A DNA stretch of 64,000 nucleotides from Candidatus Pacearchaeota archaeon. GTDB lineage: Archaea > Nanobdellota > Nanobdellia > Pacearchaeales > GW2011-AR1. The position numbers and the translations under genes were made by a program. The stretch covers positions 118,097-182,096 of the forward strand of contig JAIFVX010000001.1 of assembly GCA_019659125.1 (NCBI GenBank). The letters are read 5' to 3'. Shown here piece by piece: positions 1-7,450 of this stretch (position 1 is the first letter of the stretch; every line of letters begins with the position of its first letter). The notes beneath the pieces are model-generated. The model had not been told where the DNA came from. It made no database searches and saw only the letters and a program-made list of their open reading frames with translations.

Positions 1-438
1 ATAGGTCTTTCCTCCTTTTCTTACCGTAACTCTCATTAAAGTTGATAGTGCAGCAACAACGCTGATTCCCACCCCATGAAGTCCTCCTGAAACAGCATAA
101 CTTCCTTTGTCGAATTTTCCTCCTGCATGTAATCTGGTAACGACAATCTCCAAAGCAGGTCGCTTATAGATGGGATGCATATCAACAGGAATACCTCTTC
201 CATTATCTATGACAGTAACTGAGCCATCCTTGTTCAAGGAGACAGAGATCTTGTCGCAATGGCCTCCCATTGCCTCGTCAACCGCGTTATCAACGATCTC
301 ATACACCAGGTGATGCAATCCTGGCTTGCTCGTACTACCAATATACATCGCAGGCCTAAGTCGTACACCCTCAAGCCCTTCAAGTACCTTGATTTTCTCT
401 GCCGAGTACTCTTTTTTGTCAGTTTTTTGATCAGCCAT
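1..438 (-). CDS. gyrB: DNA gyrase subunit B, N-terminal ATPase part (gene continues past the left edge)
   Basis: Absent from the ORF track because it is edge-truncated. Hand translation from ATG at 438 gives [92 protein letters not shown], which are GyrB GHKL ATPase motifs. Confidence 0.9.
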   Translation of the reverse strand, partial: MADQKTDKKEYSAEKIKVLEGLEGVRLRPAMYIGSTSKPGLHHLVYEIVDNAVDEAMGGHCDKISVSLNKDGSVTVIDNGRGIPVDMHPIYKRPALEIVVTRLHAGGKFDKGSYAVSGGLHGVGISVVAALSTLMRVTVRKGGKTY

Positions 439-527
439 AATAAAATGTCCACTAACAAAAACAAAACTTCCTTTAAAAACCTTTCTACCTAAAAAACCAG
501 TTTATCGACGATAAAATCACAGAAAAA

Positions 528-785
528 TTATTTTTTACTCTTTTTGGGCTTCTCGTCTTTTTTCTCTGCCTGCTTGTCTGCTGTCCTCTTTGCCTGTTCC
601 GCGGCATGCACTCTAACAAGCCTATATGCCTCAGTCCACTTCAATTTTCTCTTGTCTCGCTCCAATTTAAGAGAATTCTTCCTGCACTTACTTGAACAGA
701 AGAAGCTCACTGTCCCATTATTATGAATAAGATGTACTCCCTTATGGAAACTTTCCTCTCTACCGCAGAAAACACATTTGACCAT
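528..785 (-). CDS. rpl24e: 50S ribosomal protein L24e (eL24)
   Basis: 85 aa starting [26 protein letters not shown], a zinc-ribbon-like eL24 N-terminus with a Lys-rich tail. Its start overlaps the stop of the S28e gene. Confidence 0.9.
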   Translation of the reverse strand: MVKCVFCGREESFHKGVHLIHNNGTVSFFCSSKCRKNSLKLERDKRKLKWTEAYRLVRVHAAEQAKRTADKQAEKKDEKPKKSKK

Positions 786-1075
786 TATACAGATCTCCCA
801 ACGCTTCCTCGGATTCTTCGGGCTTCAATTTCAGTTTCTCGTAATGTTAATAGATCTCCAATTTTGACAGGACCTTTGACGTTTCTTCTCATGCTTCTCC
901 CTTCATTTCGTCCTGATAATACTTTAGCCTTGACTTGAGTGACTTCCCCCCGTGCTCCCGTCCTCCCTACAATCTCTTCAACGACTGCGTTAACTGCCTC
1001 TTCAGTGCTAAATCTACCTGGCTTCGCCTGTTCTTGATTCTTATTATCTTGTTGTTTTTGTTGTTTTTGTGCCAT
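785..1075 (-). CDS. rps28e: 30S ribosomal protein S28e (eS28)
   Basis: Core [47 protein letters not shown]. Sits in the conserved archaeal L7Ae-S28e-L24e order. Has a Q/K/N-rich N-terminal extension. Confidence 0.9.
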   Translation of the reverse strand: MAQKQQKQQDNKNQEQAKPGRFSTEEAVNAVVEEIVGRTGARGEVTQVKAKVLSGRNEGRSMRRNVKGPVKIGDLLTLRETEIEARRIRGSVGRSV

Positions 1076-1093
1076 GATATAAATTAAAAATTA

Positions 1094-1396
1094 CTAAGAT
1101 TTAATCTGAGCAATTTCTTTATCAGCGTCTCCGGCCTGAATAACAGCTACAGCAGACGTGTTGACGCCAATGCCGACGGCAATCCCAAGCTTTTGCTTGG
1201 AGTCGACTTCAACGCAAGGAATTTTCTTTTCCTTACATAAGACGGCAAGATGGTGAACAATCTCCTTTGGTTCAACATCTTTTGCATAGACAACCAATTT
1301 TGCCACGCCTCTCTCTATGGCTTTCGTCACTTCATTGGTTCCCTTGTCAACTTTTCCTGTTTTTCGTGCCTTTTCAACGATGGTATAGAAGTCCAT
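1094..1396 (-). CDS. rpl7ae: 50S ribosomal protein L7Ae (K-turn binding)
   Basis: 100 aa with KGTNEVTKAIERGVAKLVVYAKDVEP..IPCVEVDSKQKLG. GGAGGT lies 4 nt upstream of the ATG (plus-strand acctcc at 1401-1406). Confidence 0.9.
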   Translation of the reverse strand: MDFYTIVEKARKTGKVDKGTNEVTKAIERGVAKLVVYAKDVEPKEIVHHLAVLCKEKKIPCVEVDSKQKLGIAVGIGVNTSAVAVIQAGDADKEIAQIKS

Positions 1397-1477
1397 TATG
1401 ACCTCCGTATGATTTAAAATACCTCATAGGTTTATCAAGAGTTGAACTGATGCTTTATAAATCTTTAGTTCTGCCAA

Positions 1478-2158
1478 TTAACACGTAGCAGATCCACCAG
1501 GGCAGCTTGGACTCTTCAGGCAAGGACCGTATCCTGTGCAATCATTCCTACAGACATAGCTTCCCCACGATCCGTCGGGCAACGTGCATGAACTTGCACT
1601 AGTGCTGTCGCAATATTCTCCATTCTCAAGAACTCCGTTCGGGCACATAGATCCTCCCGACGCCGATACTGCGGCTCGAGAAGGCTCAGCGCGATTGATA
1701 CGATAGTCATTAGCAATCTTTCCTATCTTTTGTGAGCTTCCCTGTTTTGCACTGCCGCTTACTAAAGGTCGTACGGTTATCTTTGTAATATTTCCTAACT
1801 TTGTTGATGCTGTACTCCAGTTAATGTAGATGGCTCTTCTTTGGAATTCAGCAAGAGGAGCATTGGGATAATTGAAGCTCGCTGCATTTCCATTGCCGTC
1901 TTCAAGAGTAACTATCAATCCAGAAACATCTCCCGCCCCATTATTTCGTTTGACAACAAACCCCAAGGAGGTACTCGTATAATTTACAGCAACTGATTCT
2001 GGAACAACGGACAATGAAGTTGATAATGATGATGTCTCAATGTTTTGTCCAGCATTGACAAGAGTAGGCCGTACAAATTTCCAGACAATGACGATAGCGG
2101 CAAGTACGAGGAGGATCATCAGTACAGTAGTGACGACATCGCTAAGCCCTCGTTTCAT
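1478..2158 (-). CDS. archaeal type IV pilin-like protein (class III signal peptide) with Cys-rich C-terminal domain
   Basis: N-terminus MKRGLSDVVTTVLMILLVLAAIVIVW has a basic residue-Gly cleavage motif followed by a hydrophobic helix, as in archaeal pilins and archaellins. The C-terminal ~55 aa contain 10 Cys. Confidence 0.6.
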   Translation of the reverse strand: MKRGLSDVVTTVLMILLVLAAIVIVWKFVRPTLVNAGQNIETSSLSTSLSVVPESVAVNYTSTSLGFVVKRNNGAGDVSGLIVTLEDGNGNAASFNYPNAPLAEFQRRAIYINWSTASTKLGNITKITVRPLVSGSAKQGSSQKIGKIANDYRINRAEPSRAAVSASGGSMCPNGVLENGEYCDSTSASSCTLPDGSWGSYVCRNDCTGYGPCLKSPSCPGGSATC

Positions 2159-2189
2159 TTTCCAGCGAGCAGAAGAAACTTTATAAACA

Positions 2190-3167
2190 TTATCTCCAGG
2201 TCACATGCACTTCATCGGTTCTTTCTCGTGGTTTGATGTCAATATCTTTCTCGTGTATGCCTGCATTAAAGAGAAGCTCTCCCGTATAGGCTATCATTGC
2301 GCCATTATCAACTAACAAAGACTTTTCAGGGCAATAGAATTTCGCTTTCCTCTCACTGCACATAATCCTGCACATCTCCTGAAATCGTGCATTACACGCC
2401 ACTCCTCCTCCAAGCACCAGTTCCTTCTTCCCCGTATGTGCTAAAGCTCGCTCAGCAGCTTCCACAAGCATGGCGAATGCAGTTTCCTGTAATGAATAGC
2501 TTAAATCAGAAACTGCCATTCCTTTATCAAACAATTGCTGAATCTTTGTCTGCATGCCTGAAAATGAAACATCCATGCCCTTAATCGCATAGGGCAACTC
2601 AATATACTTTCCTCCTTTTGCATGGATCTCGACCTGTGGCCCTCCAGGAAATCCCATTCCCATGTATCGTGCAACCTTATCAATAAAGTTGCCAACACCT
2701 ATATCCAATGTCTCTCCAAATACCCGATACATACCTCCTGCATAGGCGATGATCTGTGTGTTTGCCCCTGAAGCATAAAGCAAGACAGGATCGGATGCTC
2801 CAACACTTCTTCCTATCTCGAGATGTGCAATACAATGATTAACTGGAATAAGGGGGACGTTAAGTTCTCTGGCTTTTCTTCTTGCAAACTCAAGGCCTAC
2901 AAGCAAACACGGAGCCAGTCCAGGAGCATTTGAAACAGCGATGCCTTTGATTGCTTTCTCACTAATATTCGCAGTTTCAAGAGCCTTCACGTAAAGAGAT
3001 TCTGAAACTGCCTTGTGATGGTGAGCACTTTCCATAGGGATAATCCCTCCTTTTTGAGTCTTATACATGTCTCGTACATTAGCAAGGATATTTCCCTTGC
3101 TGGCAATGCCAACTCCAAATGTATGTGCAGTAGATTCTATTCCTAAGATCATGATAATAGACCACAA
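2190..3167 (-). CDS. kae1: tRNA N6-adenosine threonylcarbamoyltransferase Kae1
   Basis: ILGIESTAHTFGVGIA N-terminus, HCIAHLEIG, and SGGVACN-like GGGVACNARFQEM. No Bud32 fusion. The true start may be the internal MILGIE. Confidence 0.9.
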   Translation of the reverse strand: MWSIIMILGIESTAHTFGVGIASKGNILANVRDMYKTQKGGIIPMESAHHHKAVSESLYVKALETANISEKAIKGIAVSNAPGLAPCLLVGLEFARRKARELNVPLIPVNHCIAHLEIGRSVGASDPVLLYASGANTQIIAYAGGMYRVFGETLDIGVGNFIDKVARYMGMGFPGGPQVEIHAKGGKYIELPYAIKGMDVSFSGMQTKIQQLFDKGMAVSDLSYSLQETAFAMLVEAAERALAHTGKKELVLGGGVACNARFQEMCRIMCSERKAKFYCPEKSLLVDNGAMIAYTGELLFNAGIHEKDIDIKPRERTDEVHVTWR

Positions 3168-3440
3168 ATAACCTTATAAACAATACGCACTATATACTAG
3201 AGTGTTCTATCGACATTATTCTAACCCTCCTGAAGGAAACTATAAGCCGCATGCAAGCGTACCAAGAGGTCATGAACGACGATTTTACAAGACAAGAGAA
3301 GAAGTAAGGAGTCCTACACAAAAAATATTGAGAATGTACGAACACCACAAAAGAAGAGACATTCCCTCATGTTACCGAGGAGAGGGATAAAAACCAAAAT
3401 AAAGTGTTGAATATAAAAAATAATGTGAAGTAATTAAAAA

Positions 3441-3566
3441 TTACTTCTTTTTCTTTTTTCTGCCGCCACGAGCCATCTTTGTCTCCCACACGTTTCCTTT
3501 GGCGTCAACATAGTAGAGGTGACCGTGCTTTCTCTTGACAGCTAGCTTCAAAATTACTTTACCCAT
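3441..3566 (-). CDS. small basic protein, 41 aa (MGKVILKLAVKRKHGHLYYVDAKGNVWETKMARGGRKKKKK)
   Basis: Below the ORF-track size cut-off and found by hand. ATG at 3566, TAA at 3441-3443, GGAGGT 4 nt upstream. It fills an otherwise empty intergenic gap. Family not recognised with certainty. Confidence 0.5.
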   Translation of the reverse strand: MGKVILKLAVKRKHGHLYYVDAKGNVWETKMARGGRKKKKK

Positions 3567-3570
3567 ATCT

Positions 3571-3577
3571 ACCTCCT
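3571..3577 (-). promoter_or_regulatory. Shine-Dalgarno (AGGAGGT) for the 41-aa ORF
   Basis: Plus-strand acctcct at 3571-3577 is AGGAGGT on the minus strand, 4 nt upstream of the ATG at 3566. Confidence 0.5.
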
Positions 3578-3596
3578 TTTTGAATTAAAATAAATT

Positions 3597-3962
3597 CTAA
3601 CTATTTCTAATCATAGGTCTATTTAAACCTTTTCTTTTCCCGACGATAAATTTAATTATTTTTTCATTGTTCTTATTGATAGGTATCTCGACAAGTCTTC
3701 TGAAAAGATTCCTAGGAACAATGCGAAACACAAAGGGATCGACGAGCTTCCATTCAAGGATGTTGTTTTTGTCGTCGAGCCAGACTGCCAGGAATGGAAA
3801 AAATACGAACCACGACGTTATTGACGCCTTGGAATCTCTTGAAAAATCAAAGAGAAGATTTTCTGTTGAGGGAGTCTTAAACATGAGCCCTGTCGCTCTC
3901 CCAAGAAAGGAGAGCTTTTTCACCTGCACCTCAACATATTTTTTATCATAGTATAACTTCAT
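3597..3962 (-). CDS. DUF192-like protein
   Basis: 121 aa. GRATGLMFKT..LLFDF......SWFVFFPFLAVWLDDKNNILE resembles the GLM..R / L.F.F / M..t..PLD..fld pattern of DUF192 (COG1430). Confidence 0.5.
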   Translation of the reverse strand: MKLYYDKKYVEVQVKKLSFLGRATGLMFKTPSTENLLFDFSRDSKASITSWFVFFPFLAVWLDDKNNILEWKLVDPFVFRIVPRNLFRRLVEIPINKNNEKIIKFIVGKRKGLNRPMIRNS

Positions 3963-4035
3963 AAATTGTGAAAGGGAGGATTGTTTTTAATTCTACCGAG
4001 AGAAGATTTTTATACCTGCTTCCATTCAGACGCCT

Positions 4036-4617
4036 ATGGAACTTGACCTGACTTTATTGATGTGGATCGTCGCAGGAGTTGTCGTGCTTCTATGCCTTGT
4101 TCTTATTCTCATTCAGAGACGAATGAGCCCTCCAGACCAGCCTCTGGTTGATAAAAGTATGATCTTCAGGAAAGAAATAGAAGCTATTCAAGCATCACAA
4201 AAACCTCAAGAGATGATTAATCTTTTCAATAAATTAGTGCAGGAATATCTAAAAGAAACCTATAACGTACAAACAAATGATTATGCCGAGCTCTCGCATA
4301 TTCTCTATAACCGAGAAAATCATAGCCTTTCTGATTTTTGCAAAAAAATGATACGTGCATTGTATTCAGGAGAGGAATTGCAACGAGAACAGGTTGAAGC
4401 ACTTATGCAAGAGTTTCTCGCAATCATCAATGGGAATGAGAAACCGGCGCAGTCCACTGTTGTGCAAAAACAACCAGTTGCTCAAGATGCTAAGAAAACA
4501 CCGGAAACTAAAGAGCCTCCGGGACATGGCCCTATTGAAAGTATTGATATGCTTGAAAGAATTGAAAGCAAGATCCCTAGTAAGCTTCCTGTTAACGCAG
4601 CGCATCACTTAATCTAA
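4036..4617 (+). CDS. hypothetical single-pass membrane protein
   Basis: N-terminal TM (LMWIVAGVVVLLCLVLILI) followed by a helical, charged C-terminal region. Convergent with the vWA gene. Confidence 0.45.
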   Translation: MELDLTLLMWIVAGVVVLLCLVLILIQRRMSPPDQPLVDKSMIFRKEIEAIQASQKPQEMINLFNKLVQEYLKETYNVQTNDYAELSHILYNRENHSLSDFCKKMIRALYSGEELQREQVEALMQEFLAIINGNEKPAQSTVVQKQPVAQDAKKTPETKEPPGHGPIESIDMLERIESKIPSKLPVNAAHHLI

Positions 4618-5534
4618 GGAAATACTCTATAACGCGTATTGAACAGCAAATATTCAAATATAAAGATGAGAAGTGCTGCAAGAGCACAATATCCTGACGC
4701 ATCCAGAGAAACTCGCCGTACCTTTAAATTCTTTATCTGATCAAGAGATTGTGCAAGCACTGCAGCAGACTCTGCATGGAATGCTTTTCCCCCTGTCAAA
4801 AATGAGATTGACTCGAGCGAATCAAGCTCTACTTTTGAGATTCCATAGGTAGTTTCCCCTCCCGTTTCAGTCCCGAGCGCAATGGTATGGACAAGCACTG
4901 AATTCTTTGTTGCATAATCAATAGCCTCCTGAATATTACCTACATTGAATCTTCCATCGCTCAATAAAATAATTGCCCGATAATCCTCGGGCCGCAATAG
5001 ATTGACCGCGGTAACAATCGCCTCGTATAAGTCAGTTCCGCCAATAGAACTTAATTGAACATTCCCCAGTGACTGACGAAGAAGGTCTTTATTGCTTGTT
5101 ATGTCCTGCTCAATAAGAGTGGATCCTGAAAATGAAACAATTCCTACCCTCGTTCCTGCAGGATATGATCCAATAAATGACGAAAGACTTGTCTTAGCAG
5201 CCTCAAATCGACTAGGAAGGATATCATTTGCTTCCATACTTCGTGAGGAGTCAACTGCAATAACTAACGATGAAGAGCTTGTAAGGGCATCGTATTGGAC
5301 GATAGTACCTGCAATTGATAGAACAAGAAAGAGACAGATAGAAATGCTACATGAAAGGATAACAATATTCTTCGAATATAAGTCTATTCCCTTGATGCGG
5401 GCAATAGCATCAAAATTAGAGAACTGCAAGGCAGTCTTCCTCTTGCTCTTGATGGATATAAAATGGATGAGGATAATAACTGGTATAAAGAAAAGGAATA
5501 AAAGATTGAGAGGATGTGTAAAAGTGACAATCAT
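4614..5534 (-). CDS. membrane-anchored von Willebrand factor A protein (BatA-like)
   Basis: N-terminal TMs, then a MIDAS-type VIAVDSSRSM (DxSxS) and ILLSDG, then a C-terminal TM. Its start overlaps the DUF58 stop. Confidence 0.85.
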   Translation of the reverse strand: MIVTFTHPLNLLFLFFIPVIILIHFISIKSKRKTALQFSNFDAIARIKGIDLYSKNIVILSCSISICLFLVLSIAGTIVQYDALTSSSSLVIAVDSSRSMEANDILPSRFEAAKTSLSSFIGSYPAGTRVGIVSFSGSTLIEQDITSNKDLLRQSLGNVQLSSIGGTDLYEAIVTAVNLLRPEDYRAIILLSDGRFNVGNIQEAIDYATKNSVLVHTIALGTETGGETTYGISKVELDSLESISFLTGGKAFHAESAAVLAQSLDQIKNLKVRRVSLDASGYCALAALLIFIFEYLLFNTRYRVFP

Positions 5535-6430
5535 AGGAAGACAGGGCTCCTCTTGTCCCGAGCTCTCGCATTGAGGAATTCAGCAAGTGGGGGAACAAAT
5601 GATGACGCCGTACTTAATTCAAGCACATCGATGTCAGCTTTCTGGAAACTGTCTTTGACAAATTTCTCCTGTTCAGCAGCATAATGATGATAGGCATTCT
5701 TAGCCTCTGAAGGATCAATTAACATCTGATATCCTGATTGAGGGTCTTCAATGACAAACTCTCCTGATATAGGGGGAAGTTCCTTGTCTCGAGGGTCCTT
5801 GACCATCATGGCAACAGTCTCAAACTTGCTCCCTACAAACTTCAGCAAATTAACATCCCTTTCCTTAAGCCGTATAAAATCTGAAATGATGAAGACTGCA
5901 CTGACGGATGTATCGACAGAGTCAACAAGATAGGAAAGGATCTTGCCCATGTCGCATCCTCCTCCATACACGGAGGGATTTGAAACTGCATCCACAAAAA
6001 GATCAAGCTGACTCATTCCCTTAGCAGGTGACAAGACGTGAGATACCTTATCGTTGAAAAGAATAAGTCCCAGTCTATCATCCGAATTGAGAATAAGATT
6101 GCCCAGGGCGGAAGCAAGTTCCGCACTATATTCACACTTCAATTTTTCAGTCGATCCAAAGATCATATGTTCTCCTACGTCAATGACGAACATCACTCCT
6201 ATGTTCTTTTCTTCCTTGTATTGTTTTACCAGCAGCTTGTTAGTCCGTGTGCTCGCCTTCCAGTCAATGATTGCTGCATCATCTCCTGGAGAATATATTC
6301 GGTAACTGTCAAATTCCAAACCCTTTCCCCGTAAAATAGTGTGATAAAGCTTAGTATGCAGTTCCAATTCACGAACCGAGGCCTGAAGCTCAGCAACTCT
6401 ACTTGGAATATCAAGATTAAGCTTCCCCAT
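5531..6430 (-). CDS. DUF58 domain protein (MoxR-associated)
   Basis: GKGLEFDSYRIYSPGDDAAIIDWKASTRTNKLLVKQYKEEKN is the hallmark DUF58 block. Its start overlaps the MoxR stop. Confidence 0.85.
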   Translation of the reverse strand: MGKLNLDIPSRVAELQASVRELELHTKLYHTILRGKGLEFDSYRIYSPGDDAAIIDWKASTRTNKLLVKQYKEEKNIGVMFVIDVGEHMIFGSTEKLKCEYSAELASALGNLILNSDDRLGLILFNDKVSHVLSPAKGMSQLDLFVDAVSNPSVYGGGCDMGKILSYLVDSVDTSVSAVFIISDFIRLKERDVNLLKFVGSKFETVAMMVKDPRDKELPPISGEFVIEDPQSGYQMLIDPSEAKNAYHHYAAEQEKFVKDSFQKADIDVLELSTASSFVPPLAEFLNARARDKRSPVFL

Positions 6431-7419
6431 TATGGAACCTCAACAGTAGCGAGAAGATCATGGATGATAGCATCAGTAGTGACTCCTTCGGCATGTGCCC
6501 GATATGACAAGATCAGTCTATGTCGCAAGGCATCATAAGCAACAGTCTTGACATCCTGGGGCGTAACATAATTTCGCCCACGCAAAAGCGCTTCAGCCTT
6601 GGAGCCAATGTACAAAGCAATGGTCGCTCGAGGGGATGCCCCCAGTTGGATATACTGCCCATGATGGAAATCCTTCTTTCTTGTCATGGAAACAAGAGCG
6701 AGAATATATTTCTTGACCTTTTCATCAAGATAGATCTGATGTGTCAACGCTTGCATCTGCACGATCATCTTAGGCGTGATAATCGGCTTGATGGCAAATT
6801 CCTCAAACCTCTTAAAGGTAGCATTCTCTTCCATAATCATGGCTTCATGCTCCTCATCAGGATATCCTAACATTACTTTGAATAAGAATCTGTCCAATTG
6901 CGCTTCAGGAAGTGAATAGACTCCTTCATGTTCTAAAGGATTCTGGTTTGCCATAACGAAGAAAGGAGCAGGCAAGGGGAATGTCTCAGTCCCAATCGTC
7001 ACTTGCTTCTCCTGCATGGCTTCAATAAGCGCTGACTGTGTCTTAGGAGGGCTTCTATTGATTTCATCAGCAATGATGAACTGGGCAAAGATAGGTCCTT
7101 TCACTACCTCGAATCCTTTCCGAGGATCGTAGGTCGTAAGGCCAACAATGTCCGTAGGTAGCAAATCTACCGTAAATTGAATTCTCTTTGACGTGCACCC
7201 TGATACTCGTGCAAGTGTCTTGATAAGAAGTGTCTTTGCAATACCCGGAACTCCTTCAATGAGGACATGCCCATCGCATAACATTGCCCGAAGTAAGGAA
7301 TCTACTGTATCACTATGCCCGAAGAATACTTTGGATACTTCCTCTCGCACACGGGCAAGTACTTTGGAAAGCTCGTCCACTTGAGCACTGCTGAGCTTGA
7401 CTGTAGAATCACGATTCAT
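6430..7419 (-). CDS. MoxR-family AAA+ ATPase
   Basis: Walker A GVPGIAKT, Walker B IIADEINR, and the LGASPRA segment typical of the MoxR/AAA_3 family. Confidence 0.9.
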   Translation of the reverse strand: MNRDSTVKLSSAQVDELSKVLARVREEVSKVFFGHSDTVDSLLRAMLCDGHVLIEGVPGIAKTLLIKTLARVSGCTSKRIQFTVDLLPTDIVGLTTYDPRKGFEVVKGPIFAQFIIADEINRSPPKTQSALIEAMQEKQVTIGTETFPLPAPFFVMANQNPLEHEGVYSLPEAQLDRFLFKVMLGYPDEEHEAMIMEENATFKRFEEFAIKPIITPKMIVQMQALTHQIYLDEKVKKYILALVSMTRKKDFHHGQYIQLGASPRATIALYIGSKAEALLRGRNYVTPQDVKTVAYDALRHRLILSYRAHAEGVTTDAIIHDLLATVEVP

Positions 7420-7450
7420 CTCTTTTCTTGTCCCTCAAGGGTGATGAGCA

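Noticed and set aside
1412-1464. Two TATA-like boxes upstream of rpl7ae (atttaaaat at 1412-1420 and ctttataaatc at 1454-1464).
   Set aside because: I cannot decide from sequence which one is used, if either. The proximal box is too close to the SD-led start and the distal one would imply a ~35-nt leader. I did not annotate either as a feature.
3202-3390. 62-aa basic plus-strand ORF with a GTG start, a TATA-like box ~22 nt upstream, and a perfect 9-bp hairpin (3427-3447) plus T-run downstream.
   Set aside because: The sequence has no recognisable family. A leaderless GTG start is unlikely. The T-run is the poly-Lys codon run of the minus-strand 41-aa gene. It is possibly real but not supportable from sequence alone.
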